A DNA stretch of 64,000 nt, taken from Terriglobia bacterium (GTDB taxonomy: Bacteria > Acidobacteriota > Terriglobia > Bryobacterales > UBA6623). The stretch is taken from NCBI GenBank assembly GCA_009841225.1, contig VXMF01000001.1:40937-104936 (forward strand), read 5' to 3'. A program made the translations under genes and the position numbers. The notes under the pieces were generated by a model. That model was not told where the DNA came from. It saw nothing but the letters and a program-made list of their open reading frames with translations, and did no database searches. Positions 1-10,070 of the stretch are shown here, piece by piece (position 1 is the first letter of the stretch; each line of letters begins with the position of its first letter).

Positions 1-1
1 C

Positions 2-700
2 CTGCCGCGGAGCAAGTACACGCCCAACATCAACGTCCAAGCCATGATGATGTTCGAAATGATGACGAAGGGCCTGAGCTGTGCGGGGTGGCTCGAGAAC
101 CGCTTGGTCAGAGGATTCGATCATCACTGGGCCCGCAAGAAGATCCTGTCCGGCTACCCGTTCGATCAGCGGGAAATGATTCGGACCGAACTCTGGACTC
201 CGCTCAAGACGTTCGTGCGCAAGCTCAAGGAAACAGAGTACGGAGACACGGGGAACTCCTATTACGACTTCACGACAATCGTGCTCAGCAGCGAGTTCGG
301 AAGGACCGTGGGTGGCAGCATCCAGAGCATCCTCGCGAATTCGGAGCTAGACGAGGCCGAAAAGAGAGAACAGATTCTCTCGCAGGACATCAGCGCCCAT
401 AACCCGGTCAATTCCTGCGCGTTCCTGGGCCCGCGCGCCCGTGGTGGCAAGCAGTTCGGATGGGTCGGTCAGAAGACGTTCCAGCCGATCCCCATTCACC
501 CAGCGACCGGGGACTTGGATCCGCGCTACGACCGCGACGGCAATCTCCGGGAAGGCTTCCACGAGCCGTCGGATGGATTCGTCATTCCGGACCACGGCCA
601 TATCTACTCCACGGCTCTCAAGCTGGCCGGTGTGGAGCCCAAAGGCGCCGGGAGGAACGAATCTCCCCACCTGCCATTCATCCTTGCGGACGGAGCATAA
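2..700 (+). CDS. DUF1501 domain-containing protein (sulfatase-like fold), 5' end cut by window edge
   Basis: The frame of ORF 44..700 stays open back to nt 2. The SSEFGRT motif and the C-terminal HGHIYSTALKLAGV segment are typical of DUF1501 (recognised from memory, no search). Confidence 0.7.
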   Translation: MPRSKYTPNINVQAMMMFEMMTKGLSCAGWLENRLVRGFDHHWARKKILSGYPFDQREMIRTELWTPLKTFVRKLKETEYGDTGNSYYDFTTIVLSSEFGRTVGGSIQSILANSELDEAEKREQILSQDISAHNPVNSCAFLGPRARGGKQFGWVGQKTFQPIPIHPATGDLDPRYDRDGNLREGFHEPSDGFVIPDHGHIYSTALKLAGVEPKGAGRNESPHLPFILADGA

Positions 701-716
701 GGGCCCACGTGTTGGC

Positions 717-1910
717 ATGAACCACTGCGTGGCTTCGCATGGTAGGTCGTCCGAGCGCTCCCGGAACTGGTTTCGCGCAAACGATCAAGGGGCGCGAACG
801 GCGGTCCCATCCAGCTACTCGCGGATCGCCCGCGACTGCACATTGTTGCTGACGCTTCTCGCTGCGCCCGGACAGGCCGGGACCGGCCAGACAGGGCGGT
901 TAGAGGATCCCGCACGATTCTGGCAACGCGAGTCCGAATACGCCGGTTCGCAGGCCTGCAAGTCCTGCCACGCTGACATCTATTCGCGCCAGAGTGCCAG
1001 CAACCACGCTCGGTCCCTCCGCCAAGCCGAATTGGTTCCCGAACTTGTAGGCGCCCTGCCCTTCAGTCGCTTCGATCGCGTTTCGGGCTACACGCTGACC
1101 CTCTCCTCCAACTCAGCTAGCCGTGTCCGTCTCGAATCGGCCAACGACGCCGAATCGGGCGCGGCCACGCTCGACTGGGCCTTCGGCAGCGGTGCGAAAG
1201 GGATCACACCGATAGGCCGCACGGACAGGGGCGGCTGGGTGGAGAGTCGGTTGACATGGTACGAGAGCGTCGGTGCGATAGACTTCACAACCGGTGCCTC
1301 GAAGTACGATCCGCAGAACGTCATCGAAAGCCTCGGCCGGGGCCTGACCGCCCAGCAGGTCACTGACTGCTTCGGCTGCCATACGACCGGTTACGACGAA
1401 CGCACGTCGGCGCCCACCGCAGATGAAATGGGGATTCGCTGCGAACGGTGCCATGGCCCCGGCCAAGCGCATATCGAAGCCGCGCTCGACGGCCAGTCGC
1501 TGGACGGGACGATCTTCAACCCGAGCGCGCTGTCCGGATTCGAGCAGGCCCGGATGTGCGGAAGCTGCCATGGTGTCCCGCCGCAGGACAATGATTTCGA
1601 TGCCTTGGCGCTGCTGGAACGTACCCCGCACAGTGTCCGGTTCCCGAGCCAGCGAATCGTATTGAGCCGATGTTTCAATGAGACATTCGGGGAACTCGCA
1701 TGTACGACCTGCCACGATCCTCACCGCGACGTCTCCGCCGAGGCGGGCTCGTTCGACGAGTCATGCCTCTCGTGCCACGACACAGGAGCACGGGTTCGTG
1801 GGACAGTTTGCCCTGAGGCTTCCGCGAATTGCGCGAGCTGCCACATGCCAAGGGAACGCGTGATGCGCCACTCCCTGTTCAGCGACCATTGGATCCGAGT
1901 CGTGAGGTAG
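717..1910 (+). CDS. exported multiheme c-type cytochrome (7 CXXCH)
   Basis: Seven heme-binding motifs: CKSCH, CFGCH, CERCH, CGSCH, CTTCH, CLSCH, CASCH. The in-frame ATG at 717 lies just after the upstream stop at 700. Hydrophobic N-terminus (CTLLLTLLAAPGQAG). The 441..716 extension in the ORF track overlaps the upstream gene and is rejected. Confidence 0.85.
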   Translation: MNHCVASHGRSSERSRNWFRANDQGARTAVPSSYSRIARDCTLLLTLLAAPGQAGTGQTGRLEDPARFWQRESEYAGSQACKSCHADIYSRQSASNHARSLRQAELVPELVGALPFSRFDRVSGYTLTLSSNSASRVRLESANDAESGAATLDWAFGSGAKGITPIGRTDRGGWVESRLTWYESVGAIDFTTGASKYDPQNVIESLGRGLTAQQVTDCFGCHTTGYDERTSAPTADEMGIRCERCHGPGQAHIEAALDGQSLDGTIFNPSALSGFEQARMCGSCHGVPPQDNDFDALALLERTPHSVRFPSQRIVLSRCFNETFGELACTTCHDPHRDVSAEAGSFDESCLSCHDTGARVRGTVCPEASANCASCHMPRERVMRHSLFSDHWIRVVR

Positions 1911-1918
1911 GAATCACA

Positions 1919-3817
1919 TTGGCTTCCGCAACCGTCACCCGGCTGAGTGCCATATGCCCGCCCTGGCCCTCTCGGTCCTTGCGGGGGCTCCCGCTTGCCT
2001 TGCTGGTTGCTGCAGTGGTGACCAGTGCGCAGCAGGTCCCTCTGGCGCCCGCCGACTACGAGTTCATCGGGGCGCACTTTCGCGCGGCCAAGAATTTCGA
2101 ACAGAGCGGAGAGCTTGCCGAGGCGGCTTCCGAGTACCGCACGATCCTACAGCGATACCCGTCGGCTGTGCCCCGGGTCTATCACAACCTGGGCTTGGTC
2201 TTCTACCGCCAGCGCGACTACCTGAACGCCATCGACGCCTTCGAGGCCGGTCTCGAACTCGACAAGGCGATGGTCGGGAGCCGACTCTTCTTGGGCGTTT
2301 CGTACCTCAATGTCGAGCTCCCGGAAAGGGCTCTGCCGCATCTTGAGACCACGCACGCGCTACAGCCAACCTTCGAGAGCGCCTTGCACCTAGGCCAAGC
2401 GTACGCCGCAAATCTCCGTTACGGGGAAGCCGTCCACGCCTACCGTGAGGCGCTGCCATCAGCCGGGGACGAGCTTCCCAATGTGCTGTATTCCATCGGG
2501 CAGGCCTACCTTGACCTCGCCGAGAGGATCGCGAACCAGCAGGCCGTCTCGCACCCCGAATCGAAGCAGACACACCTCGCAGCCGCGCGCGTGTTCGAGA
2601 GCCAGCAGGTGTTTCAGGTCGCAGCGATTAAGTACCTCGAAACAGCGGAACTGGACCCGTTCAACGCGTCAATCTTCTTCCCCCTAGCCCGCATGCTGGC
2701 CATCCTGGGATTGGATGTTCCGTCAAAGCTTGCGCTAGAACGCTATTGGAGCCTGCTCCCTGCCGTGCCGAGAATGCCGATCGACAAGAGCATGCTGCCA
2801 AAGGAGCAGATCGCGGAGATCGGAACGAAGGTGGAATTCGAAGGCATTCTGCGGTCGCTGCCACCTGTCGACCCCGAACGCTTGCCTCCGATGCCAATCG
2901 TGGGTTCCGAGATCAACGACGAGCTTGCCGGGCGTCTCCGCGGCTCCGACTCGACCGGTTGGGAAAACGTGACTCAAGCGGTGGTCGCGGGGAACTTCGA
3001 GGATGCTCTCGCGGCCCTCGACAAGCTCCGGAGCGCGGGCGACGAATGGCTGCGGGACTACTTGAAAATGACCGCGCACGTGTGGCTCGACGACTACAAG
3101 TCGGCAGCCCTCGTGGCCGACGAAGCGGCTCTGTCGACCAGTCCGTTGCAGGCTGTTCAGACCTTGAGGGCGGAGGTGTTCCGGCAGGTCTCGCTGGAGT
3201 ATTTCGAGACGCTGGTGCGCGACCACCCCAGTTCGTGCAGGGCCCGGCTGGTCAGGGCAATGAACTTCTCCGCTCAGGAAAAGGCAGAGGCCGAAGGCGA
3301 GTTCCTCGCGGCGATCGAGGCCTGCCCGCTCGACACCCAGATTCGGATCGAACTGGCAGACTACTACCTCTGGAACTCGCAGTACGAGGAGGCAAGGCAA
3401 GCCTGCCTGGACGAATTGGAGATCCACCCCCATTCGGGAGCCGCCAAGAAGCGGCTCGGCAGGATTCACGTGCAGTTGCGCGAGGGAGAAAGCGCCCTGC
3501 CGTACTTAGCCGCCGCGGCCGAGGCGGATCCAGAGGACGCAGACGTCCGGACAGACCTCGGAAGGGCCTACGAACTCCTACAGCGATGGGACGACGCGGT
3601 GGCGGCGTACCTGCTCGCTCTGGATTTGGATCCCACGTTGAACCGAGTCCACTACGTGCTGGCGCGGCTTTACCGCCAGCTCGGAAAGGACGACTTGGCA
3701 CAGCAGCAGTTTCAGCTGTTCAAGCGAAATGAAGACGAGGCAAGGCAAACGCGCACTGCCAGAATCCAGCGGCTTCGCAAAAAGGAGGCACCCGGATCTG
3801 AGCCAGGTGCGCGCTAG
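1919..3817 (+). CDS. tetratricopeptide (TPR) repeat protein, exported
   Basis: Repeated 34-aa TPR-like units (e.g. AASEYRTILQRYPSAVPRVYHNLGLVFYRQRDYLNAIDAFEAGLELD; ...DLGRAYELLQRWDDAVAAYLLALDLDP). Signal-like RGLPLALLVAAVVTSAQQ. Start uncertain: TTG 1919 (GAGG upstream) or TTG 1979. The track start at 1829 overlaps the cytochrome by 82 nt. Confidence 0.8.
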   Translation: MASATVTRLSAICPPWPSRSLRGLPLALLVAAVVTSAQQVPLAPADYEFIGAHFRAAKNFEQSGELAEAASEYRTILQRYPSAVPRVYHNLGLVFYRQRDYLNAIDAFEAGLELDKAMVGSRLFLGVSYLNVELPERALPHLETTHALQPTFESALHLGQAYAANLRYGEAVHAYREALPSAGDELPNVLYSIGQAYLDLAERIANQQAVSHPESKQTHLAAARVFESQQVFQVAAIKYLETAELDPFNASIFFPLARMLAILGLDVPSKLALERYWSLLPAVPRMPIDKSMLPKEQIAEIGTKVEFEGILRSLPPVDPERLPPMPIVGSEINDELAGRLRGSDSTGWENVTQAVVAGNFEDALAALDKLRSAGDEWLRDYLKMTAHVWLDDYKSAALVADEAALSTSPLQAVQTLRAEVFRQVSLEYFETLVRDHPSSCRARLVRAMNFSAQEKAEAEGEFLAAIEACPLDTQIRIELADYYLWNSQYEEARQACLDELEIHPHSGAAKKRLGRIHVQLREGESALPYLAAAAEADPEDADVRTDLGRAYELLQRWDDAVAAYLLALDLDPTLNRVHYVLARLYRQLGKDDLAQQQFQLFKRNEDEARQTRTARIQRLRKKEAPGSEPGAR

Positions 3818-5534
3818 GGTCCCCGTGCCTCGGCTGCGTGTGACCATCGCTCTCGCCACTGCGGCCGCAGTGTGGGCTAGCCCCTGCCCTGCCGGGCAGG
3901 CTGCGTTCGTAGATATCGCACCTGACGTCGGACTCACAGACGTCTTCCACTGTGGCAGGGACGACCGCAAGGATTTCATCCTCGAGGCCATCGGGTCCGG
4001 CGTGGCCCTGCTGGACTACGACCGCGACGGGTTCCTTGACGCGTTTTTCGTCTCGGCCACGACGTTTGAGGGCTTCGCTCCGGGCCAGGCTCCGAGCAAC
4101 CAGCTATACCGCAACAACGGTGACGGCACGTTCGCGAACGTCACGGACAGGACCGGGCTGCGAAGCGCCGGATGGGGCCAAGGAGCGTGCGTCGGCGACG
4201 TTGACAACGACGGCTTCGATGACCTCTTCGTCACGTACTACGGAGAGAACCGCCTGTTCCGCAACAGCCGGGAGGGGATCTTCGCCGACGTCACTCCGGA
4301 ATCGGGCCTTGGCGGGCAGAGGCGATGGTCGACCGGGTGCGCATTCCTAGACTATGACCTTGACGGGCAGCTCGACCTATTCGTCGCAAACTACCTAGTA
4401 TTCGAGAAAGACCGGATTCCCTCGAAAGGCAGCGCTCCTACCTGCCAATGGAAGGGACAGGCCGTGCTTTGTGGCCCGCGGGGCTTGCCCGGCGAGACGA
4501 ACCAATTGTTTCGCAACCTCGGGGGCGGCCGGTTTGAGGAGGTCTCGGAAGAATCCGGGGTGGACACCGGCACCGAGCGCTACTCGCTGTCCGTGACGCC
4601 TCTCGACTACAATCTCGACGGCTGGCCGGACGTGTTTGTGGCAGTGGATTCGCAGGCCAGCATCCTGCTGGAGAACAACGGTGACGGCACGTTTGAGGAT
4701 GTAGCGGTATTCGCCGGCGTGGCGTTTGACGAGCACGGGCACGTTCAGGCCGGGATGGGGTCGGCCGCCGTGGATGTCGACGGAGACGGCCTGCTCGACA
4801 TTGTCAAGACCAATTTCATCGAGGAGACGTCGAACATCTACCTCAATTCGTCGCTTGCGGCATTTCAAGACAAGGTACATGCGATGGGCGCGGGAGTCAG
4901 CGTCGGCTACATGGGTTGGGGTGTCGCCGCCCTCGATTTCGATCGCGATTCTTGGCCGGACCTGTTCGTTGCGAACGGGCACACCTACCCGGAAATCGAA
5001 GGCCTCGTTGCGAACAATCCGTACCGGCAGAAGCGGCTGCTCTACAGGAATGTCGGCGGTCAGACTCTCGAGCCCATCCAGCCCCCTGTCGGATCCTCCA
5101 TGCTGGCCAAGCACTCGAGCCGCGGTGTCGCCGTCGGGGACTACGACAATGACGGCGATACAGACGTGTTCGTGAACAACATGAACGAGCGTCCGAGCCT
5201 CCTCCGCAACGACTCCAAGCCGGCAGGCGGGTTCCTGTCGTTGCGGCTGGTCGGAACAAAGTCCAACCGCAGCGCGATCGGCGCTCGCGTCAGCGTGCAT
5301 GCAGGCAACAGGGTCTTGGTGCAAGAGGTCCGGTCAGGTTCCAGCTTCATGTCGAGCAATGACCTGAGGCTGCACTTCGGGCTGGGAGACAGCGCCAAGG
5401 TTCAAAAGGTAGTCGTAGACTGGCCCTCTCCCTCCTCCAGTGACATTTTCGGCGAGCTGGCGTCCGGCCAATTCCTAGAAATCACTGAAGGCGCGGGCAT
5501 CACGGCGCGCTCGCTCGGCAGTCCGGCGGAGTAA
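3807..5534 (+). CDS. CRTAC1 family protein (FG-GAP/VCBS beta-propeller + ASPIC/UnbV C-terminal domain), paralog 1
   Basis: Multiple DxDxDG Ca-binding FG-GAP loops (DYDRDGFLD, DVDNDGFDD, DYDLDGQLD, DYNLDGWPD, DVDGDGLLD, DFDRDSWPD, DYDNDGDTD). UnbV/ASPIC-like tail (NRSAIGARVSV...QEVRSGSSFMSSNDLRLHFGLG). Signal peptide TIALATAAAVWASPCPAGQA. Start uncertain (GTG 3807 or 3825); track ORF is 3729..5534. Confidence 0.85.
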   Translation: MRARVPVPRLRVTIALATAAAVWASPCPAGQAAFVDIAPDVGLTDVFHCGRDDRKDFILEAIGSGVALLDYDRDGFLDAFFVSATTFEGFAPGQAPSNQLYRNNGDGTFANVTDRTGLRSAGWGQGACVGDVDNDGFDDLFVTYYGENRLFRNSREGIFADVTPESGLGGQRRWSTGCAFLDYDLDGQLDLFVANYLVFEKDRIPSKGSAPTCQWKGQAVLCGPRGLPGETNQLFRNLGGGRFEEVSEESGVDTGTERYSLSVTPLDYNLDGWPDVFVAVDSQASILLENNGDGTFEDVAVFAGVAFDEHGHVQAGMGSAAVDVDGDGLLDIVKTNFIEETSNIYLNSSLAAFQDKVHAMGAGVSVGYMGWGVAALDFDRDSWPDLFVANGHTYPEIEGLVANNPYRQKRLLYRNVGGQTLEPIQPPVGSSMLAKHSSRGVAVGDYDNDGDTDVFVNNMNERPSLLRNDSKPAGGFLSLRLVGTKSNRSAIGARVSVHAGNRVLVQEVRSGSSFMSSNDLRLHFGLGDSAKVQKVVVDWPSPSSSDIFGELASGQFLEITEGAGITARSLGSPAE

Positions 5535-5536
5535 TC

Positions 5537-7285
5537 GTGCCCCTGTCCCGAAGGCAATTCCTGCAACTCGGCGCGGCCGCCGGAACCGCCAAGTGGGCCT
5601 CCCTCGGAAGCGGCGGCCTGCTGGGGGCGACTCCGGACGCCGTTCCGGCCGAACCCTACGGGGTGCGGTTCACAGACATTGCCAAGGACGCCGGCCTGAC
5701 CGACACGGTCTACTACGGAAGTAGCGAACAGGTGCGGTACATCGTCGAGGCGAACGGTTGCGGCGTCGCCTTCTACGACTACGACAATGACGGCTGGCCG
5801 GACATCTTTGTCTTGAACGGAACACGCCTCGATGGGCTACCGCTCGGGGCGAAGCCCACGAACCGTCTCTACAAGAACAACCGCGACGGCACCTTCACCG
5901 ATGTCACTGAGGAGGCCGGCTTGGTCCGTTCCGGCTGGGCGAACAGCGTCTGCATCGGGGACTTTGACAACGACGGCAACGACGATCTCTTCGTCACGTA
6001 CTGGGGCCAGAACGTGCTATACCGCAACAACGGCGACGGTACGTTCACCGATGTCACCGAGGAGGCCGGCTTGGGAGGCTTCCCCGACCGCTGGAACGCC
6101 GGCGCGACATTCATCGACTACGACCGCGACGGGCACCTGGACTTGTTTGTCTCGAACTACGTAGACATCGACCTTGAACGGGTTCCATTGCCGGGCCAAG
6201 GCAACAACTGCGAGTGGAAGGGTGTTCCGGTCTTTTGCGGACCGCGGGGGATGCCGGGCACGAAGAACTACCTGTACCGCAACAATGGCGACGGCACCTT
6301 CACCGATGTGAGCGAGCAGGCGGGGATGCATAATCCGCACGGCTACTACGGCATGACCGCGCTGGTGACGGACGTCAATGAGGATGGCTGGCCGGACATC
6401 TACGTGGCCTGCGATTCAACTCCGAGCATCCTCTATCGGAATAACCGGGACGGGACCTTCACCGACATCGCGGTCGAGTGCGGCGTTGCCTACAGCGAGG
6501 ACGGGCGGGAGCAGGCCGGGATGGGCCTTGCCACTGGCGACTACGACGGGGACGGCAAGCTGGATATTGTCAAGACTCTGTTCGCGGACGAGATGCCGGC
6601 CCTGTACCGGAACTTCGGCAACGGGACCTTCGCCGACATGTCCGTCGCGGCGGGTCTGCACGTCGTGACGCAGCACATCCAGTGGGGCACCGGCCTGGTG
6701 GACTTCGATAACGACAGCTGGCCGGACCTCTTCTATTCGGTTGGGAATCTGTTCCCCACAGTGGAGCGCTTCAATCCCCGCTATCCGTACCGCGGGCCGC
6801 GGTTCCTGTTCCGCAACATGCGAGACGGCTCTTTCGCGAACGTCACGAACGAGTGCGGCAGCGGGCTGACCACGCCCCACTCGAGTCGCGGCTGCGCCTT
6901 CGGAGACTTCGACAACGACGGAGACATGGACATCTTGGTCATGAACATGAACGAGCCACCATCGCTGATACGGGCGGATGTCTCGACGGGCAATCACTGG
7001 CTGAAGGTCAAGCTGTTCGGCGTCGAGTCGAACCGGACGGCAATCGGAGCCCGGGTAGACGTGCAGGCGGGGGGCAGGACGCAAGCACAGGAGGTTCACA
7101 GCCAAACCAGCTATTACTCGGTCAACGACTTTCGCCTCCACTTCGGCCTCGGCTCGAATTCCAAGGCGGATGAGCTCAGTGTTCGATGGCCGAACGGAAA
7201 GCGCGAAACTTTCCGGGATCTTCCTGCGGATCGTCTGCTCTTCGTCGAGGAGGGCAGCGGAATCGTTCGTTCGGAGAAGCTGTGA
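5537..7285 (+). CDS. CRTAC1 family protein, paralog 2 (Tat signal)
   Basis: Same FG-GAP DxDxDG loops and the same tail (NRTAIGARVDV...QEVHSQTSYYSVNDFRLHFGLG) as paralog 1. N-terminal twin-arginine motif SRRQFLQLGAAAG. Only a 2-nt gap from paralog 1. Confidence 0.9.
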   Translation: MPLSRRQFLQLGAAAGTAKWASLGSGGLLGATPDAVPAEPYGVRFTDIAKDAGLTDTVYYGSSEQVRYIVEANGCGVAFYDYDNDGWPDIFVLNGTRLDGLPLGAKPTNRLYKNNRDGTFTDVTEEAGLVRSGWANSVCIGDFDNDGNDDLFVTYWGQNVLYRNNGDGTFTDVTEEAGLGGFPDRWNAGATFIDYDRDGHLDLFVSNYVDIDLERVPLPGQGNNCEWKGVPVFCGPRGMPGTKNYLYRNNGDGTFTDVSEQAGMHNPHGYYGMTALVTDVNEDGWPDIYVACDSTPSILYRNNRDGTFTDIAVECGVAYSEDGREQAGMGLATGDYDGDGKLDIVKTLFADEMPALYRNFGNGTFADMSVAAGLHVVTQHIQWGTGLVDFDNDSWPDLFYSVGNLFPTVERFNPRYPYRGPRFLFRNMRDGSFANVTNECGSGLTTPHSSRGCAFGDFDNDGDMDILVMNMNEPPSLIRADVSTGNHWLKVKLFGVESNRTAIGARVDVQAGGRTQAQEVHSQTSYYSVNDFRLHFGLGSNSKADELSVRWPNGKRETFRDLPADRLLFVEEGSGIVRSEKL

Positions 7286-7326
7286 CGGGGGCGTTCCCGA
7301 CTCCCGTCTCCCCGCCGGGCAGACAA

Positions 7327-9987
7327 TCAGGGGCGACCAGCGAGGAGGCTTACGATCCTGCGATATCCCTTTGCCTGCGCAAGCGAAATCGCGGTCGCAC
7401 CATCAGCGGTCCGCACGTTGGGGTCGGCACCTCGTTCGAGAAGGTACTCGACGACAAGTGTCTGCCCTCGAGTCACCGCAACGAGCAATGGCGTAAAGCC
7501 CCGCGAATCCGCAGAGCCGATATTCGCACCGGCTTCCCAGAGTTGCTGCACGCCAGCCAGTGTGCCCGATGACGACGCCAGCATGAGCGCTGTGACACCA
7601 TCGGGTCGCCCGAGATTCGGGTCAGCCCCGCCAGCCAGCAGCACTTCAATCGTTTCGGCGTGCCCCTCAGCTGCGGCAAACATCAGCGCCGAACCTCCGT
7701 TCGCGTCCATTAGATCGGGGCTCGCGCCATGGTCCAAGAGGGTCTGGGCCGTTGTCGAGAACCCTTCGAAGCAGGCCATCATCAATGCGGTTCGACCGTC
7801 GGGCGTGCGGGCGTCCGGGCGGGCCCCGCTCTCCAGGAGGGCCTCTGCCGTTTCCCGCCGGTTCCGGCCGGCGGCCAGCATTAGCGCTGTGCCGCCGTCG
7901 GGAGTCTCGGCGTTCACGTCCGCGCCCCTAGCAACCAGCTCGGCCACCGTAGCTGCGTGACCGGCAGCCGAGGCCAGCATCAGTGGGGTGTTCCGCTCGG
8001 CGTCACGACCATCCACTTCGGCTCCGGCGCTCACCAGCGCCGCGATTCGGGCCGCCCGACCCGTGGCTGCCACGATCCGGAGCAATTCATCAAGGTCCTC
8101 GACCGCCCCGGCGCTCTCCAGCAGCAACGCGGCTTCGTCATAGCCGGCTAGGGCGGCATGCACCAGAGCGGTCCGCCCACGCTCATCAGTCTCGTCAGCT
8201 TCCGCGCCGCGCTCGAGCAGGAACTGGATCGCATCCGTCTGTCCGTTGGCTGCGGCGAGCATCAGGGCCGTCCTGCCGTCGCGCATCTTGGCATGAATGT
8301 CGGCACCCGCAGTCGCGAGCACTTCGAGCACAGACACATCGCCCCTGCCAGCTGCGAGCAGCAATGCCGTGCGCCCGTCGGCGGATCGAAGGTCCAACTC
8401 AGCACTGCCTGCCAACAGCATCCGGAGCATCGAGCGATCCCCGGACGAGACGGCGATCATCGTCGCCGTGCTGCCGTCGTCAGCCTGAGCGTCGACGTCC
8501 GCGGCCGCCTCGAGCAGGATCCGAACCATCGTGGGAAGACCTTTGGACACGGCAAGGATCAATGGCGTCCTGCCGCCTTCTACGCGGGCGTTCGGATCCG
8601 CGCCTGCTGACAGAAGCGTCTCTACCACGGATGTCTGGCCCTCCCAAGCGGCCATCAGCAAGGGTGTCCAGCCGACAGGGCTGGCCAAGGCAGTGTCGGC
8701 ACCCGCCTGAAGGAGCGCTTCCACAACCGCCAGGTGGCCTTCCGCAGAAGCCAGCATGAGAGCGGTGACGCCTCCCCCCTCCAGTGTTCCGCTCTCAACT
8801 GCTATGGGAGCGCCCTCCATGCTCCGCCGGTTGACTTCGGCGCCTCTGGCGACCAGCAGGCGGACCACGCCCAGATGGCCATACAACGCAGAACTCATCA
8901 GTGCTGTCACCCCGCGGCTATCGCTGGCGTCGGGGTCAGCGCCTCTCGACAACGCGGTCTCGGCTTCGGCGGTCCTCCCGACCCGCGCTGCGAAGAGCAG
9001 ATCTTCGCTTGGCGTCGAAGCCGCGCCCCGGTCCTTGAGTACTTCCACGACCTCGATCCGTCCCATCAGGGCCGCATGGACGAGGGCCGACTCGTTGAGA
9101 TTGTCGACAGCGTCAATGGGCGATCCGTGCTCTAGCAGCGCCTGCACGCTCTGCGCATTCCCGTTCGATGCCGCGAACATGAGAGCAGTGCGGCCGTCGA
9201 TCGAAGCGGTTCCCACCGTCGACCCAGCCTCCAGCAGGGCCGTGACGACTGGAGTCGCCCCCTTGGCCGCCGCGAGCATCAGGGCGGTCACGCGCCCCAA
9301 CGGGATCTCGATGCCACCGGAGGAGACGCTCGCTCCTTCAGCGCCTCGGGCATCGAGATTCACGCCAGCCTCAATCAGCGCTTCGACGATTGAGGCATGC
9401 CCGCGAAATGCGGACGCCATCAGCGGTGTTTGCCCGGAGTCGTCCGAAAGGTTCGCGTCGGCACCTGCTTCGATCAGCATGTCCGTCATTGATCGGTGAC
9501 CCGTGGCCGCCGCGATTAGCAGAGCCGTCTGGCCCTCGTCGTTCCGGGCATCGATTGCTGCGGATTCCAATAGACTCTGGACCGCCGCCGGCCGAATCTC
9601 CGCCACAGCCAGCATCAGCGCGGTTTGGCCTTGGTCATCCTGCGTATCTGGATCGGCACCCGCATGGAGCAGCTGTCGGACGATCTCGGCACGCCCCTCC
9701 GAAGCGGCGGCCATCAAGGCAGTCATGCCGCGGCCGTCCGTACTCCCAACGTCCGCTCCCTTGGATAGCAGTGTCCCTACGACTCCTAGATGGCCCTCCA
9801 GCGCGGCAACCATCAGAGGCGTCGTTCCGTGATCGTTGCGGGCATCGATGTCCGCACCCTGCTCCAGCAACTGGCGGATTCTCGTACTGTCTCCTGATTC
9901 CGAGGCTCTCAAGAGAGCCACGTCCACTGGCTGCCGTTGCGACAATGAAGGCGCTAGGTGCCCTAGCGCCAGAACGGCGGCCATCAT
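7327..9987 (-). CDS. ankyrin repeat protein (~26 consecutive ANK repeats)
   Basis: About 26 tandem 33-aa units with the G-x-T-(A/P)-L-M-x-A-A-x-x-G-H-x-x-x-V-x-x-L-L-x-x-G-A-D signature along the whole protein. I place the start at the internal MMAAVLALGHLAPSLSQ (nt 9987), because the track start at 10137 would overlap the divergent gene at 10071. Confidence 0.85.
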   Translation of the reverse strand: MMAAVLALGHLAPSLSQRQPVDVALLRASESGDSTRIRQLLEQGADIDARNDHGTTPLMVAALEGHLGVVGTLLSKGADVGSTDGRGMTALMAAASEGRAEIVRQLLHAGADPDTQDDQGQTALMLAVAEIRPAAVQSLLESAAIDARNDEGQTALLIAAATGHRSMTDMLIEAGADANLSDDSGQTPLMASAFRGHASIVEALIEAGVNLDARGAEGASVSSGGIEIPLGRVTALMLAAAKGATPVVTALLEAGSTVGTASIDGRTALMFAASNGNAQSVQALLEHGSPIDAVDNLNESALVHAALMGRIEVVEVLKDRGAASTPSEDLLFAARVGRTAEAETALSRGADPDASDSRGVTALMSSALYGHLGVVRLLVARGAEVNRRSMEGAPIAVESGTLEGGGVTALMLASAEGHLAVVEALLQAGADTALASPVGWTPLLMAAWEGQTSVVETLLSAGADPNARVEGGRTPLILAVSKGLPTMVRILLEAAADVDAQADDGSTATMIAVSSGDRSMLRMLLAGSAELDLRSADGRTALLLAAGRGDVSVLEVLATAGADIHAKMRDGRTALMLAAANGQTDAIQFLLERGAEADETDERGRTALVHAALAGYDEAALLLESAGAVEDLDELLRIVAATGRAARIAALVSAGAEVDGRDAERNTPLMLASAAGHAATVAELVARGADVNAETPDGGTALMLAAGRNRRETAEALLESGARPDARTPDGRTALMMACFEGFSTTAQTLLDHGASPDLMDANGGSALMFAAAEGHAETIEVLLAGGADPNLGRPDGVTALMLASSSGTLAGVQQLWEAGANIGSADSRGFTPLLVAVTRGQTLVVEYLLERGADPNVRTADGATAISLAQAKGYRRIVSLLAGRP

Positions 9988-10070
9988 GCACGGTCCGCCC
10001 CTGCAGATGCGACTGCTCGTATGACCCTCCGCTAAGATAAGCCAAGATTCTCGCCCGGGATCGCGTCGAA

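Noticed and set aside
441-716. 5' extensions of track ORFs (441..716, 1829..1918, 3729..3806, 9988..10137, 15476..15535, 19651..20037, 33987..34220, 41857..42006, 43389..43574, 47705..48019, 48298..48375, 56495..56515, 57623..57679).
   Set aside because: The extensions overlap upstream or divergent genes, or have junk-like composition. Internal starts give proper signal peptides and/or Shine-Dalgarno spacing. Exact starts remain uncertain.
5876-6074. Two nearly identical 49-nt segments (aacaacSgcgacggYacSttcaccgatgtcacYgaggaggccggcttgg) 150 nt apart inside CRTAC1 paralog 2.
   Set aside because: They encode consecutive FG-GAP blades (NNRDGTFTDVTEEAGL / NNGDGTFTDVTEEAGL). This is an intragenic module duplication or gene conversion, not a mobile or regulatory repeat.
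7327-9987. The ~99-nt periodicity on the nucleotide level looked superficially like a tandem repeat or CRISPR-like array.
   Set aside because: The periodicity is fully explained by 33-aa ankyrin repeats in one long open frame. The units are divergent at DNA level, and there are no spacer/repeat structure and no cas genes.
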